Source of the DNA: Alphaproteobacteria bacterium | GTDB taxonomy: Bacteria; Pseudomonadota; Alphaproteobacteria; MPNO01; UBA830 | Length of the DNA stretch: 64,000 bases | Reading direction: 5' to 3' | Assembly: GCA_965243135.1 (NCBI GenBank) | Contig: OZ251539.1 | Coordinates: 5,408,001 to 5,472,000 of the forward strand | Shown: piece after piece, positions 11,500-22,191 of the stretch | Layout of the letters: every line of letters starts with the position of its first letter | Numbering within the stretch: position 1 is the stretch's first letter | Translations under genes and position numbers: made by a program | Notes under the pieces: generated by a model | Told to the model about the DNA's origin: nothing | The model's input: the letters and a program-made list of their open reading frames with translations, nothing else | Database searches by the model: none

Positions 11500-11645
11500 T
11501 TACTCTCCGGGACTTCGCGAGAAACCTGTTGCCGGGTGCCAACCAGAGGGGCGGCGTAGGCCGCGGCAGTACCCGAAACGAACGCGCCCTCCCGGTCAAG
11601 GACGTCTGGTTGAAGCCCCTGCCTGGAGGCAGGCCTCAACGTCGC
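11500..11645 (+). pseudogene. Degenerate DUF4338 3' end inside the other terminus of the IS66
   Basis: ERALPVKDVWLKPL; DNA is an imperfect inverted copy of ~8900-9060. Confidence 0.75.
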
Positions 11646-11907
11646 CACCCCACGACCGAACGCTTACGACTGCCCCATGCACGCGACCATACTCCAGGCG
11701 AACTGCCCGCGGAAACCCGCGCCGTTGCCGAAACCACATCGCTCCGTAAACGACCGGGACTTCAACGCCAGGCACTCGAGAATGGAGCGCGTTGATTCCC
11801 GCCTGCGTTGATCGTACTTTCGACAGGAAGGCTCGTGTAACGAGGATGGCGACGAGGGCAGAAAAATGAACGCGCGCATGACTGAGATCCCCCCCCCCCC
11901 CCCCCAT

Positions 11908-14377
11908 CAATGGCATTTACTTAGCGAAAATCGCCATTAACTTAAGAATGCGGTTTTTTTCCGCCGAGTTTTGCCTTTCCGGCTAACCTGCCGCTTTCGC
12001 CGTTTTGGGCGCCTTCCATTTTCCGATCGGCTTTCTCGATCTCCGATCGTAAGATCTGTTCGGGCGCAACCTTTGTCGACATATGGTGAGGTCGTTAACG
12101 ATTTCCGTAATAGTCTGTCTGATCATGTTCGCCTGCTGGAGAATCAACGCTTCGATGTTTCTTGCGACTGTCGTCAAGCCGTTCTTGAAATTGGTCTGCA
12201 TCGCCGGCTTTCCGCGGTCCGAGCGATGGTTGTCGATCCAGTCTTCGCTGCGGTTCGAGAACGATCTTGTCAGGGTTATCAGGACGAAATGGGCAAAGAG
12301 TTCCTGTTTGACGCCGCGCTCCTGCCGGCCGTGGAATTCTTCGATGGTCATCAGCTGCTTGGATATCTTGTAAAGTTCCTCAATGCTCCAGCGCCCATGG
12401 TACAGGTCGGACAAATCTTCGACAGGATACCTGTCTTTGTCGAACAACGTGGTTCCGAGAACGTAAGACGTTCCGTTAACTGCGTATTTAACCAAACGTA
12501 TGCCATGGTCGATTTGCTGGATCCGTAATTTTTTCCGGACTTTCGCAGTTGGGCTTACGGCGACTACCGCATCGGTCTCGTCGCTGGCGATAAAGGCGTC
12601 GAATACGTTATTGGCCTTTTCCTTGATTCTGAATACCGGATGAATCCCGCGCGTCACATGGCGATGCAACACCTCCCAAGCATAATAACCGCGGACCACG
12701 ACATCGTTACCCGACAATGCTCCCAGATGGGTAAGCGCCGCCTTCCGCTCGTCGTCATGAGAGAAAAGGTCGAAATCGATCGGAATTTTCGATCTCAGAC
12801 GGTACAGGCAACTTAGCAGACCCTGCGGGTGCCATGCGTTGTCGGACGGAATACGATAACCGTTTTTCGTCAGAGTGCGCGGGAGATTGATCTTCGACCC
12901 GTCCACCGCGAAGATCCGATGTCCTTTCCACAACCTGTCGTCGTCCCGGTCGATCTGTCGGAGAATTTCCTCGTGGATATCCTTGAAAACGCTTTCGTTC
13001 ACCTTCGCACGGGCATTGGACATGGCGGCCGGCGATACCGGCGCCGGTTGCGGCAAGGTTATTCCCAACGTTCGGCACTGCCCCCAAAGATCGACCAGCG
13101 TGGTTCCGTAACCCTGCCGCCCCTTCGAGAATACCAGGCGAAAGACGAAGAGCACCACCAACAACGTGTTCAGAACGCGCGCGCGCTTTTGCCATGTCCG
13201 GTCATGCTCGTTCGCAACGTCGACCACCGCCGCGACGATGTTCTTCCACAGCTGGACAAAGGGATCGTCCGGAGAAAACGTCGGTATCTGTTGAGGCTTG
13301 CAGGCAATCCGTGACCTACGGGACTTGTGAACGGTCCGCGGCCCGTCACGCAGGATCGCCTGGCAGTTTCCGGCCAAAGGATAAACGAAAACTCCTTTCC
13401 GGGGCTTGGTTTGCTTGCCGGCCTTGCGCGGCTTCGTCTGGCCGAGATATGTCCAGTTCGCCGCCCGGTAACAGATCGCATCGAACCTGCTCGTGTCGAC
13501 ATAAGTCTCGATCGCTACCGGTTTGTAGCCGTGACGCTTCTTCCAGTCGTCGGCGAGTTGCCGACACGCCAGCGCGAGCGCCTTCGACGCCAGATTGTTT
13601 ACCTTCACCCACGGCAGAATCAGAAACCGGCTGTTCTGGACCACCAGATGCAGATGCCTCTTTCGCGAAGCCTCCTGCCAGCCAACCCAATCGTCGCGGC
13701 AAGCCAGCGCCTTCGACGCGCCTGAAAACAACAGGCAGCCGAGCTTGCGTCCCTGCCGGTCGACTATGAAATAACGCAGACGAGGACCTCGGGGTTGTTT
13801 GAATCCCAGGTAATGATACCTGTCGACCAATTCGTTCCATTCGTCCACTTCTTCCGTGACAACCCGGAGGGCGAGCGGCTCGAGAGCGCTCAGGTCCTCC
13901 TCGATGGACGGCTGCGGTTCTCCCCGATCGGTCCGAACGACCGGCTTTTGCGGACCGCGCCGCTTCGACTCATTGATCGGAGGGAGCGACAGAATGCCGT
14001 GCTCTTCGAGATGCTCCAGCAGACGCAGGCACGCCCCGGTTGTTCCCCTTGGGCGTGACCCAACCCAGAAGCTCGCAAACCCTGTGCCCCAGCTTGCGGC
14101 GGCTGAGCTCCGGAGATCCTGCAACCGCTTCCTGAACGTCGGCAATCCGCCGGCGCGTCAGCCGCTTGCCGAAAAACGTGGTCGACTTGAGCTTCTTGAT
14201 CTTCGGGTCCATCGGTCCGCTCCGGCGCGTTGACGACCCGCCGAGACTGCCCGAATCGGAAATGAGATGCAAGAGCTATTTTCGAGAACGTCGGAAATCA
14301 CCTGATTCATTGTCAAATCAACCCATTATGGAACTATTGACCACCCCGGCGAGCGCTCGCCGCAGTAAATGCCATTG
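11908..14377 (-). mobile_element. IS4-family element
   Basis: 14-bp IR CAATGGCATTTACT / AGTAAATGCCATTG; flanking direct repeat CCCCCCCAT (11899-11907, 14378-14386). Confidence 0.88.
11983..14212 (-). CDS. DUF4338-IS4 transposase fusion (frameshift near 14040)
   Basis: N-terminal YHYLGF, RDDWVGW, NSRFLILPW, CYRAANW; C-terminal FAVDGS, RGY, Y..RW.IEE.YK (DDE/YREK). Confidence 0.88.
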
Positions 14378-14681
14378 CCCCCCCATAATCTGAAGCGAGG
14401 CTTCATCGCGCTCCGCGGCGCGGCGGCTTTTCTGCTCTTCCTCCTCGCGCCGGGCGCGGCGCTGGCGCAGGGCTGCGGGGGAACGACAACTGCAATATCG
14501 TCCCACAGCACGCTCACCTGCGCCGACCAGGCGCATAGCAATGTCCGCTTCATCGGGCAAGGCAGCGTCAACATCACGATCATCGCCCCGGGCGGGACAG
14601 CGACCACGATCTCGGGGAATTCCGTCCTCCACGCCCTCAGCATCGTCGCCTCAACCAACGCCGCTTCCGGCAACTCGACGC
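14378..14681 (+). pseudogene. N-terminal fragment of a secreted/autotransporter-like protein; start (ATG ~11866) separated by the IS4, 3' part lost at the IS630 remnant
   Basis: Joining across the IS gives MNARMTEIPP..HNLKRGFIALRGAAAFLLFLLAPGAALAQ (signal peptide) followed by T/G/S-rich beta sequence. Confidence 0.55.
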
Positions 14682-15007
14682 TAGCTACCCTCCCGCGACC
14701 AAACTCCGGCTGGTTCTCGACAACCATTCTGCGCACACTTCCAAGGAAACGAGGGCCTTTCTGGCGACCTTGCCCAACCGGCTTGAGTTCGTGTTCACGC
14801 CGAAGCACGGGCTGAACTTGGTGGAGTCGTTCTTCAGCAAGGTCTCTCGCACCCTGCTTCGCGGAATCCGCGTGGCCTCGAAGGAAGAACTGGTAGAACG
14901 CATCCAGCGATACCAGATCAACCAACAACCTGTTGTGTTCAAATGGACCTACAAGATGGATAGCATACCAGAAGTGTAGGTGGATTATTTTGGAAATTCT
15001 ATACTAG
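14682..15007 (+). mobile_element. IS630-family transposase 3' remnant
   Basis: FVFTPKHG.LNLVESFFSK..R..LR...S.EEL, FKWTY; ends ...TATACTAG. Confidence 0.75.
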
Positions 15008-15226
15008 TCGGCAACACGCCTGCGGATATGGCGAAGAAGAGGATGATTGACCGGTCGGGGGACACGGCCTACAAGCCGTACACTTGGGACGAGCTGCATC
15101 CTTCGAGGAAGAAGGTGTTCGAGATGGTGGTCGACATGATCTGGCCCAAGCCCGAGGAGGTCAACGACCGTAATGCGGAGAACCAAGAATAGCGTACTGT
15201 ACAGTCTACAAAACAAGGAGAGACAA

Positions 15227-15820
15227 GTGAAGAAATTGGGTATCGCCGTCCTAGTGACGGTAGGAATGATGACTTCGGCGCAAGCGAGCGATTTCGAGGT
15301 CATGGAGAACAGCGGTGGATCCGTTATCGTCAATTTGGGGTACAACATCAAGTTGAACTCGAAGTCTTCGATGAAGCGGAAGTGGATTACGGTCAATCAG
15401 AAGGGTTTCCCCGCTAAGCTCATTGGAAAGGATACCGGTGTCGGTGTGGAGTACAAGCACCGTCGATCGACCGGAGACTACAGGTACACCGGTAAGTTCA
15501 CAATGATCTCGAACCAAGACCTCAGGGCTTATCAGGTGAAATGCGCGGTGCTAGACGCTTGGAACAAGGTGGATAAATCGCTAGTGGCTAACTACGTGGC
15601 GGACGTCAAGGCCGGTGTTCCCGTGACGGAGAAGCCTATTTGGCGACTTTTCAGGGAAAACGAAGCAACCTTGTATTGGTCGTCTATTTGTTTCGTGAAC
15701 AAGGTCAGATTGGCGACCGGTGAGGTCAAGGAAACTTCGGAGCAGGGAGTGCTCGGGATCATTCGTGATTTCGCCAAGGACGTGACGAAGGAAGACTTAC
15801 AGCCTTCGGATAAGAAATAG
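15227..15820 (+). CDS. Secreted hypothetical protein (~197 aa)
   Basis: GTG after AGGAG; signal peptide KKLGIAVLVTVGMMTSAQA. Confidence 0.75.
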   Translation: MKKLGIAVLVTVGMMTSAQASDFEVMENSGGSVIVNLGYNIKLNSKSSMKRKWITVNQKGFPAKLIGKDTGVGVEYKHRRSTGDYRYTGKFTMISNQDLRAYQVKCAVLDAWNKVDKSLVANYVADVKAGVPVTEKPIWRLFRENEATLYWSSICFVNKVRLATGEVKETSEQGVLGIIRDFAKDVTKEDLQPSDKK

Positions 15821-16276
15821 CGAGGAAGGAATGACAGACATCGAAAAGTTCAGAGCTATGGTGCAGGCCGCCTACGTCAGAGAGGCTTTCATCCGGCTCA
15901 GAAACAAGGTACTCGCCTGGTTGGTCTGGAACGTAGGTGTGGTGCTTACGGCGACCATTTTCTATCTGGGAGTTACCGAGGTGCAACATATGCCGACGGT
16001 TGCTTGACGACATATGCCGGTTGCTCGACGAGCCTCGCTCGGCCCACGGTAACGCGCCATGAAAAAAACATTCCAACTCGCTCGCTAGCCTCCGAGGCGA
16101 CCCCGCTTCGAACGTAGATCGGTACCGTCGGGTGCGATCCTGTATTCAAAAAATCACCATGCTGCAGTGTCTTGTATTTCATGGAATTTCAAACAGAGCC
16201 TGATCAAACGTGGTCCATGTGAAAAATTTCGGTGATGCCGCCGGAAGGCGACAAGCGAATTTTCGGGAGGCGTCGC

Positions 16277-17908
16277 GGGTGTGAATCTCATATTGCCAAA
16301 GTCAAGTTTTCCATTGTCAGGCTGCGATGGCCTCCTGATCGTCGTTCGCGATGCTTGCTCCGACCATTGCTTGCCATGCCGAATCGAATCGGTCTGACTT
16401 TATCAATGCCCTGAAGGTGAGGACGTTCTGACCGCCTTCGATGCTCCAACGCATGCCGGCCCGTTTCATGCGCTGGTTGACCAGCACCTTGTTGGCGGCT
16501 TCGACAACACCCGACCCGATCGTGTAACCCATGGCATTCAGGGCCGCGTAACGCATGCGGCGCCTGTGCTTCTGGAAAAACCTGAGTTCGCGTTCGAGAT
16601 CCTTGAGTGCCGTCGCAGTCGTCGCCTTGTCGCGAAGATGGCGGATCGCCCGAATGACCTTGTCGATACCGTTGGCATCGTCGCGCAGGATGGCACGGTA
16701 CTTGTCGTACCAATCGGTTGCGACTGCATGGTCGGCGACGTCGCTGAGATGTTCGCATGCATGGAAGAAATCGATCGCCCGCTCGTCGGGCTGAAGCCTC
16801 TCAAGAAACGTCCAGTTGTCGGCTGCGGCGTCGGCGACAGCGACGAGTTGAAGATCGGGTCTCACTTTCCGGATGTGGGCGACCTCTTCCGCGATCTGCG
16901 CTTTCAGCGTTACCTTGCCGGCTTCCGGCATAAAAATACAATGTTTCCAAGCGATTGCCGTCCGCGTCATGGAAACTGACCGTCCCGCAAGACGCTTCGC
17001 GCCAGCATGCTTCTTCGCGCCCGTTGGGGCGAAGCGCAACCCCATCGAGCGAGACAGCGAAAGAAACCGCCTCCGTCGGCACCGGTTTCGCCTTCCGGAT
17101 TTCGTCCATGGCCGCCTCGCCTTTCTCCTTCCAGAGATCGCCCGCCGTAACCAAAAGACGTTGCAGATGGCTCGTCGACGGGTTCATGCCCCCCAGTTTT
17201 TCGAAGAGTTTGACCGCGTCTCTCGGCGTACAGTGGTCCATGATCAGGAGAGCGCGGTAAGCGGCTGGAACCGTGAGATAACCGTCGACCAGCCCCAGGC
17301 TTTCATCGACCGGCGAGATGGACGAACTTCCCGAATGCACGCGATACCGCGAGCGGGAGAACGTGACAGGACCGAACAATGTGTGGATGGTCTTTTGCGT
17401 CGGTGCAGCCCGGTAGAAAACCTGACCCTCCCGGCGAACCGGGCCTTCCTCCACGTCCCGCGCTTCAATGTAATCGCCTACGGCCGCCCGGCAGATCGCG
17501 TAGGTATGCTGGAACAACTCGGTTTCGAAACCGGCGAACGCCTCGGAACCCTGATCTTGTCGTTCCACCCACTCGAAGGCTGCGGCTGACTGGAATGCCT
17601 CGGCAGTCGCCGCGGGGAGCTTCGAGAAATCGATGGACAAACCGGCCGAAGGCTGTAATGCTGGCATGGGAATGCTCCTGATGTTGTGGTTTGATGCCAA
17701 CATTTTACCGCATCTTGCGGCTTGGAGCATTCCTTTTTTCGCGCCCCCCCCCCCCCCCCCCGCCATCGTGACAAAATCCGCGCCCGGAACGGCGATTTGT
17801 CACGAAATCGCTGATTTTGGCCTTGAAGCGCTATCGCGCAAACTTTGTTAATCCTTAAAAATCAACACCTTATAGATTTTTCAATTTGGCAATATCAGAT
17901 TTGCACCC
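16277..17908 (-). mobile_element. ISKra4-like element, copy 2 (complete ends, frameshifted transposase)
   Basis: ~24-bp IRs GGGTGTGAATCTCATATTGCCAAA / GGGTGCAAATCTGATATTGCCAAA; translated ORFs identical to copy 1. Confidence 0.92.
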
Positions 17909-18404
17909 GTTCTGGAATGCCGCGTACACATCTGAATTCATGATCGAGGGCGATATTTCTCTCGATGTTTGTCAAGAAATAGATTTTATTCGTCACAAAT
18001 CTTCATATTGCAAAATCGGTCGCTGTCCAGACGACTATCCACGCAATTATATAGAGATCGGCAGTCGCCTGATGGCAATCATACTTACGAATAATTTTAC
18101 GGATAAGAAGGGACTTATTCCGGGATCTCCAAACGGACATTTGAACCAAATGAATAAGAGTGATTTTAGCCTTCGTCAAATCAAGAATGTGCTTGGCGGA
18201 AATCAGGTCTCATTCAACGGGCCGATCAAGCACGAATCTTCGCGTCAGGCTGTCATGAGAGGGGCACTGGCCTTATACGGATCTAAGCAGGATAAAGCGG
18301 CAGCGGAGCTCATAGCGTTGCTGGAAAACGATGATATTTTCGATAAGGCTCTTTGCGAAGTCGTTGCGCAACGCTTCCATTTTCCCAGTTATTCTCTCAC
18401 ATGA
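17909..18404 (+). pseudogene. 3' half of the IS-split gene begun at 1757(-)
   Basis: Begins FWNAAYTSEFMI; joining through the 8-bp TSD gives an in-frame 939-nt ORF. Confidence 0.75.
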
Positions 18405-18647
18405 CCAAGTCATAATTGCCGGATAAAGGACAAAGGAGGTGATTATCTCCTCTTCTTCGAACACACCTGACAGTGAAAATTTTTTAAGAGGCACTTGTCC
18501 GCGTCGTCTCGAACCCCGGTCGAGCTTGAGAAAGCGCTTGTCCGCTACGCGGCGCCGCGCCTTGAGATCGGACGCACGATCTCGGGTGGCGGCAAGCGCT
18601 CTTTGCCTTCGATTTCACCTACATATCATCATGTGCATGAAAAAGAG

Positions 18648-19595
18648 TTATAGTCGAAAAATTTCTCTTCCCTTAACTAAAACCTCTTGGCCAGTTTCCA
18701 GCATGTAAGACTCTTGGAGAAAATAAACAATCCATCGCTTAGCGATGTCCCAAACCCGAACATATTCGTTCATTCCTCTAGTATGATCGTCTAGATGATT
18801 AGATAGGAATTCCTGCGCCTTCGTGTCTGTCAATCCAGTTGAAGCCAGTTTGTCTATTTCGGCGAAAAACGGCATCTGCCGTAGTATTCCTGCCACATAT
18901 GCTGTGAACAAATCTTCGGTTAACCCCTGCGGCGGTGACAGCGCGGCGAGATCGTCCTGGGCTGCCTCGAACGCACTGCTAACCATAGTATCGGCGCCGC
19001 GACCGCAATATACTTCCCAAAGACGATCCGGAACAGGGCATTGAGGTACCCAGAGCGTGGTTTCTTCATCTCCCGCTTTGTCTTCGACTTCGGGAGGACG
19101 GCGTCCTGGTCGAGTTTGTTTGAATTGTTCTGCCCGTTTTCTGACTTGTTCACGCAGTTGTTCAGTGGCCTGGATGGCGGACCCCAATAGCGCGGTCTCC
19201 CAGTCCATCAGTCCGGGATATTCCGCCGGCAGTGCAACAAGAAGCTCCACGTTCGACGGTGTGCTCCAGCCGAGTCCACGCGATGTGAGATTAGCAGAAC
19301 CTACAAGAGTTCTTTGATTGTTCGAATAATATTTGGCGTGCAAGTGGGGGTGAACCAGGAGTCGGCCACCCCGTACCCGTGTGACATCTTCGAAAATTTC
19401 GAGATCGCAAACACCCGAAGCAATGTCTTCGGGAAGCCAACGCGTGATGCAGGCGCAATCGGAAACCGTGTCGGGAAGAGCCCCAAGCAAGCGGCGGACG
19501 GTCGCTGATTTTATGTAGGGCGCCGCGATGACGACCCGGCTAGTCGCGTTCTCCATAAGCTCAAGAAGCGCGTCTCCTGGAAACACGACGGTCAT
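18648..19595 (-). CDS. Phospholipase D-family (HKD) nuclease-like protein
   Basis: IAAPYI, LHAKYY, LVGSANLT. Confidence 0.85.
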   Translation of the reverse strand: MTVVFPGDALLELMENATSRVVIAAPYIKSATVRRLLGALPDTVSDCACITRWLPEDIASGVCDLEIFEDVTRVRGGRLLVHPHLHAKYYSNNQRTLVGSANLTSRGLGWSTPSNVELLVALPAEYPGLMDWETALLGSAIQATEQLREQVRKRAEQFKQTRPGRRPPEVEDKAGDEETTLWVPQCPVPDRLWEVYCGRGADTMVSSAFEAAQDDLAALSPPQGLTEDLFTAYVAGILRQMPFFAEIDKLASTGLTDTKAQEFLSNHLDDHTRGMNEYVRVWDIAKRWIVYFLQESYMLETGQEVLVKGREIFRL

Positions 19596-19596
19596 G

Positions 19597-20610
19597 TCAA
19601 TCGTCTTCCTGCTCGGTCAGGAAAAAGCGCGCCATCTTTCCCCATTCCTGCCGCATACCAAACAACCGCTCTTTCTGTCCTACCTCTTCCAATTCATAGC
19701 GAGCCCAAGCAGCGAACAACAATTCCAACGTGTCGGCGGCCCTGTGAATCCGGTCGATTAGGTCGGCGTCCGATTCGTCGCCGATTTTGGGTTCGAGCGA
19801 CTCCATAAGTTGTTCATAAAACGGGTGCTCGGTGTTGAAGACGACGGCGGTCACCCCCCCTTGCTGTTGTTCAGTATTGAAGAAAGCGTAGCCCTCCATC
19901 GCCTTGGTGAGGAATGCGACCTTGCGACGGCGTATAAGTGTCGCATTTGCGATTTTCTCAGCGACGTTCTCGGGGTACTGTTTGTCGTCCATCAAATCTT
20001 GCTTAAACTTCTCGCTGTCCTCTTCGGTGAATTCCGTACTATCGGACTCAATCGCATGCCCTTGTGCCGCGCGCTCTCGGAATTTTGTCGTTGCCTGATC
20101 CGCGACATCGGGCCCGTCGTGCCTCTCTTTATTCTTAATTTTCCTGTGAATGCTTGATTGGGCTTGTAGCCGCTTGCGTACTACCTTGATCTGTTCACGG
20201 ATGTGATCGGCGATAGGCAGCAGAAGAACGCGGGGGTCGCCTTCATCTTGGATGCGACGACAAAATTCGGACATCGATTCGCCAGGATCGGCTTCGGACT
20301 TCCACTCGAACTTAGACATCTGGGAAAGAATCGTCGCGTTCTGCTTGGTGTTGGTGACGCCGAACACTTCGTCCAGTGTCGAGGGAAACTCGACCTCTAC
20401 GCCCCACCAGCGGTCGATCGAGTCGTCGTTGCTCCAAGACCGATCGAGGTCCAGTTCGCGGCCTTCACGAACGATCGACAATCCGATGTTCTTGCCTGCA
20501 TGCTTGCCGTAGGGTCTAGTTCCACGGGCGCCCCCGTAATCGGTTAGGGTCTCTTGGCGCGCCCAGCTCATCCGAACGACAACATCATGGCGCGCGCCGT
20601 CATACTCGAT
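19597..20610 (-). pseudogene. C-terminal part of a GHKL/MORC-like ATP-binding protein; ATPase N-terminus missing
   Basis: G.SIVR.GREL.L, RWWGVEVEF...LDEVFGVTN.KQ, vfN..HPFY; the frame ends abruptly at the dndD fragment. Confidence 0.65.
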
Positions 20611-20676
20611 TACGACGACGCCAGCGGCAGCACTCGGATCGAGGAGGGGTACTTCGACGGGGCGGAGGCGGCGTGA
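20603..20676 (+). pseudogene. dndD: Extreme 3' end of dndD
   Basis: LDYDDASGSTRIEEGYF* resembles the DndD C-terminus; stop overlaps the dndE start. Confidence 0.55.
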
Positions 20677-21101
20677 TGGCGGTCGAGACGGTGAGGGTAT
20701 CGCAGCGGGCGAAGGACCAGCTGATCAAGTTGAAGCGGGTGACGGGGATCGAGCACTGGAACGTGCTCTGCCGGTGGGGCTTCTGCCTGTCGCTCGCCGA
20801 GGAAGGAATTCCGCCGGCGGCGGAGATACCGCTGGACAGCAACGTCGAGATGAGCTGGCGGGTGTTCGGCGGCCGGCACGCCGATCTCTACCTTGCGCTG
20901 CTGAAGGAGCGCCTGTGCCGGGACGAACTTCCGACCGACCCCGAGACCGTCGCGAGGCAGTTCCGGTTGCACCTGCATCGCGGGATTTCGTATCTGGCCG
21001 CCGGCCGGACCGTGGGCGGACCCGGCGACCTGATTTCCGTGGCGGTCGCCGGAAAGGACCGGGCTGCGGCTTCTCCGGCTCCGTCCGTCGCCGGACCCTG
21101 A
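20673..21101 (+). CDS. dndE: DNA sulfur modification protein DndE
   Basis: VRVSQ.AKDQLIKLKR.TGI..WNVLCRW.FC.SLAE, DSNVEM.W.VFGG, FRLHLHRGI.YL. Confidence 0.92.
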   Translation: MMAVETVRVSQRAKDQLIKLKRVTGIEHWNVLCRWGFCLSLAEEGIPPAAEIPLDSNVEMSWRVFGGRHADLYLALLKERLCRDELPTDPETVARQFRLHLHRGISYLAAGRTVGGPGDLISVAVAGKDRAAASPAPSVAGP

Positions 21102-22191
21102 TGCCCAGGCGGGTGTCCGCCTGACCACGGGAGCAGGCCCATGCGGCGGAGCGCCGAGACCCTGCGTTTCTCCGCTGGACAAGGGGTTGCGGGGTTCCGC
21201 CTTGCCGCGCCGCGTTTTGCAGATCGCCAACTTCCGTATTGAAACCGTTGGCCCTCGCGGGCGGCGGCCCGTTTCCAAATGCGCTGCTTCTCTTGGGGTT
21301 CCCGCAGCGGACCGGTTGGCAAGGAGCGCAGTCCGGAAGTCGTCGATCGCTGCATCCGAGACTCGTTCATGGTATCTCTGGCGCCAGAGAGTCGATCGCG
21401 GCGCTGGCCAACGGCGCGCTCGGGACATCGGGTTCGCCGTAAACGGATTCGCGCCGTGGTACGATCGAGACGGACAGTAGAAGCGGATGGGCAGAGCGAG
21501 GAAATGCGGAGGATCGGCGGACTCGATAACGCCGCGCTGCGGAAGTCGCTACGGGGAGGGGCGGCGTGACTGGTCGTCAGGCGGCGCCGGCGTCGCATGA
21601 CGCGCTGCGCCCTCGGGGCGACTCTTCGCCGATGCCCGCCGCGGCCGGCGGCGGCGCTGGCGGAAGATGAAGCGTCGGCGTGGCGCAACCAAGGTTGCCG
21701 GTCGCGCCGGATCGCGAACGAATCGAGCGCTTGATGGGCGCGGCGCAACGCGAGATCCTCCCAGAATTTGGCGATTGGCGCGGTGACGGACGGGACTGAA
21801 GCCCGATGGCGCGGCCGCCGCGATGCAGAGCGCGCGGGCGCGGGATCGCCTGCTGCCGGCGCTTTCCGTCGCCGCGAGGAGACGCGCCGGCCGGAATGAA
21901 ACCGGCATGCGTCGCGGGCCAAGGAAGGGGCCCCGTTTGGACCGAGAGAGAGGATGCCGTTGCCATGCCTGCTACATCATTGGTTCAAAAGAAAGTTCGC
22001 CGGAAACGCGGTCATGGCAGCGATGCTTCCGAGGCCTGACCGACCGCCAACGGCAAGGAACCGAGTCGGTGGCGCGTCGACCGCGTCGGATTCGCGGACG
22101 CGCCTTCGCCCAACAGGGCATGCGACGGCCTTGCATGGCCGCGACCGCCCGTTCGGCGGAAGCCGTCCAACGGCATGCGGTTCTGAGAACC

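Larger units (their letters stand above)
8874..11667 (-). mobile_element. IS66-family element (tnpC only + DUF4338 passenger)
   Basis: Perfect 22-bp IR GTAAGCGTTCGGTCGTGGGGTG; 8-bp TSD GACTGCCC at 8866-8873 and 11668-11675. Confidence 0.93.

Noticed and set aside
8901-14212. Druantia defence system
   Set aside because: Both DUF4338 domains lie inside IS ends with TSDs, and I recognised no DruE or other dru genes.
15986-16031. Two imperfect ~22-bp direct repeats
   Set aside because: Only two units and no context suggesting function.
17744-17761. Poly-C tract as a regulatory switch of the IS
   Set aside because: The related copy 3 has a mixed C-rich sequence at the same position, so basecalling homogenisation is plausible. 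This also weakens the other homopolymer claims.
1-17908. Composite transposon bounded by the two ISKra4-like copies
   Set aside because: The TSD pairs an inner flank with an outer flank, indicating inversion rather than joint transposition. The left outer flank is not visible.
20603-21101. Functional dnd phosphorothioation operon
   Set aside because: Only dndE and ~24 codons of dndD are present.
21100-22190. Long ORFs downstream of dndE and the 5' extension of the HNH ORF
   Set aside because: Arg/Ala/Pro-rich GC shadow ORFs without motifs.
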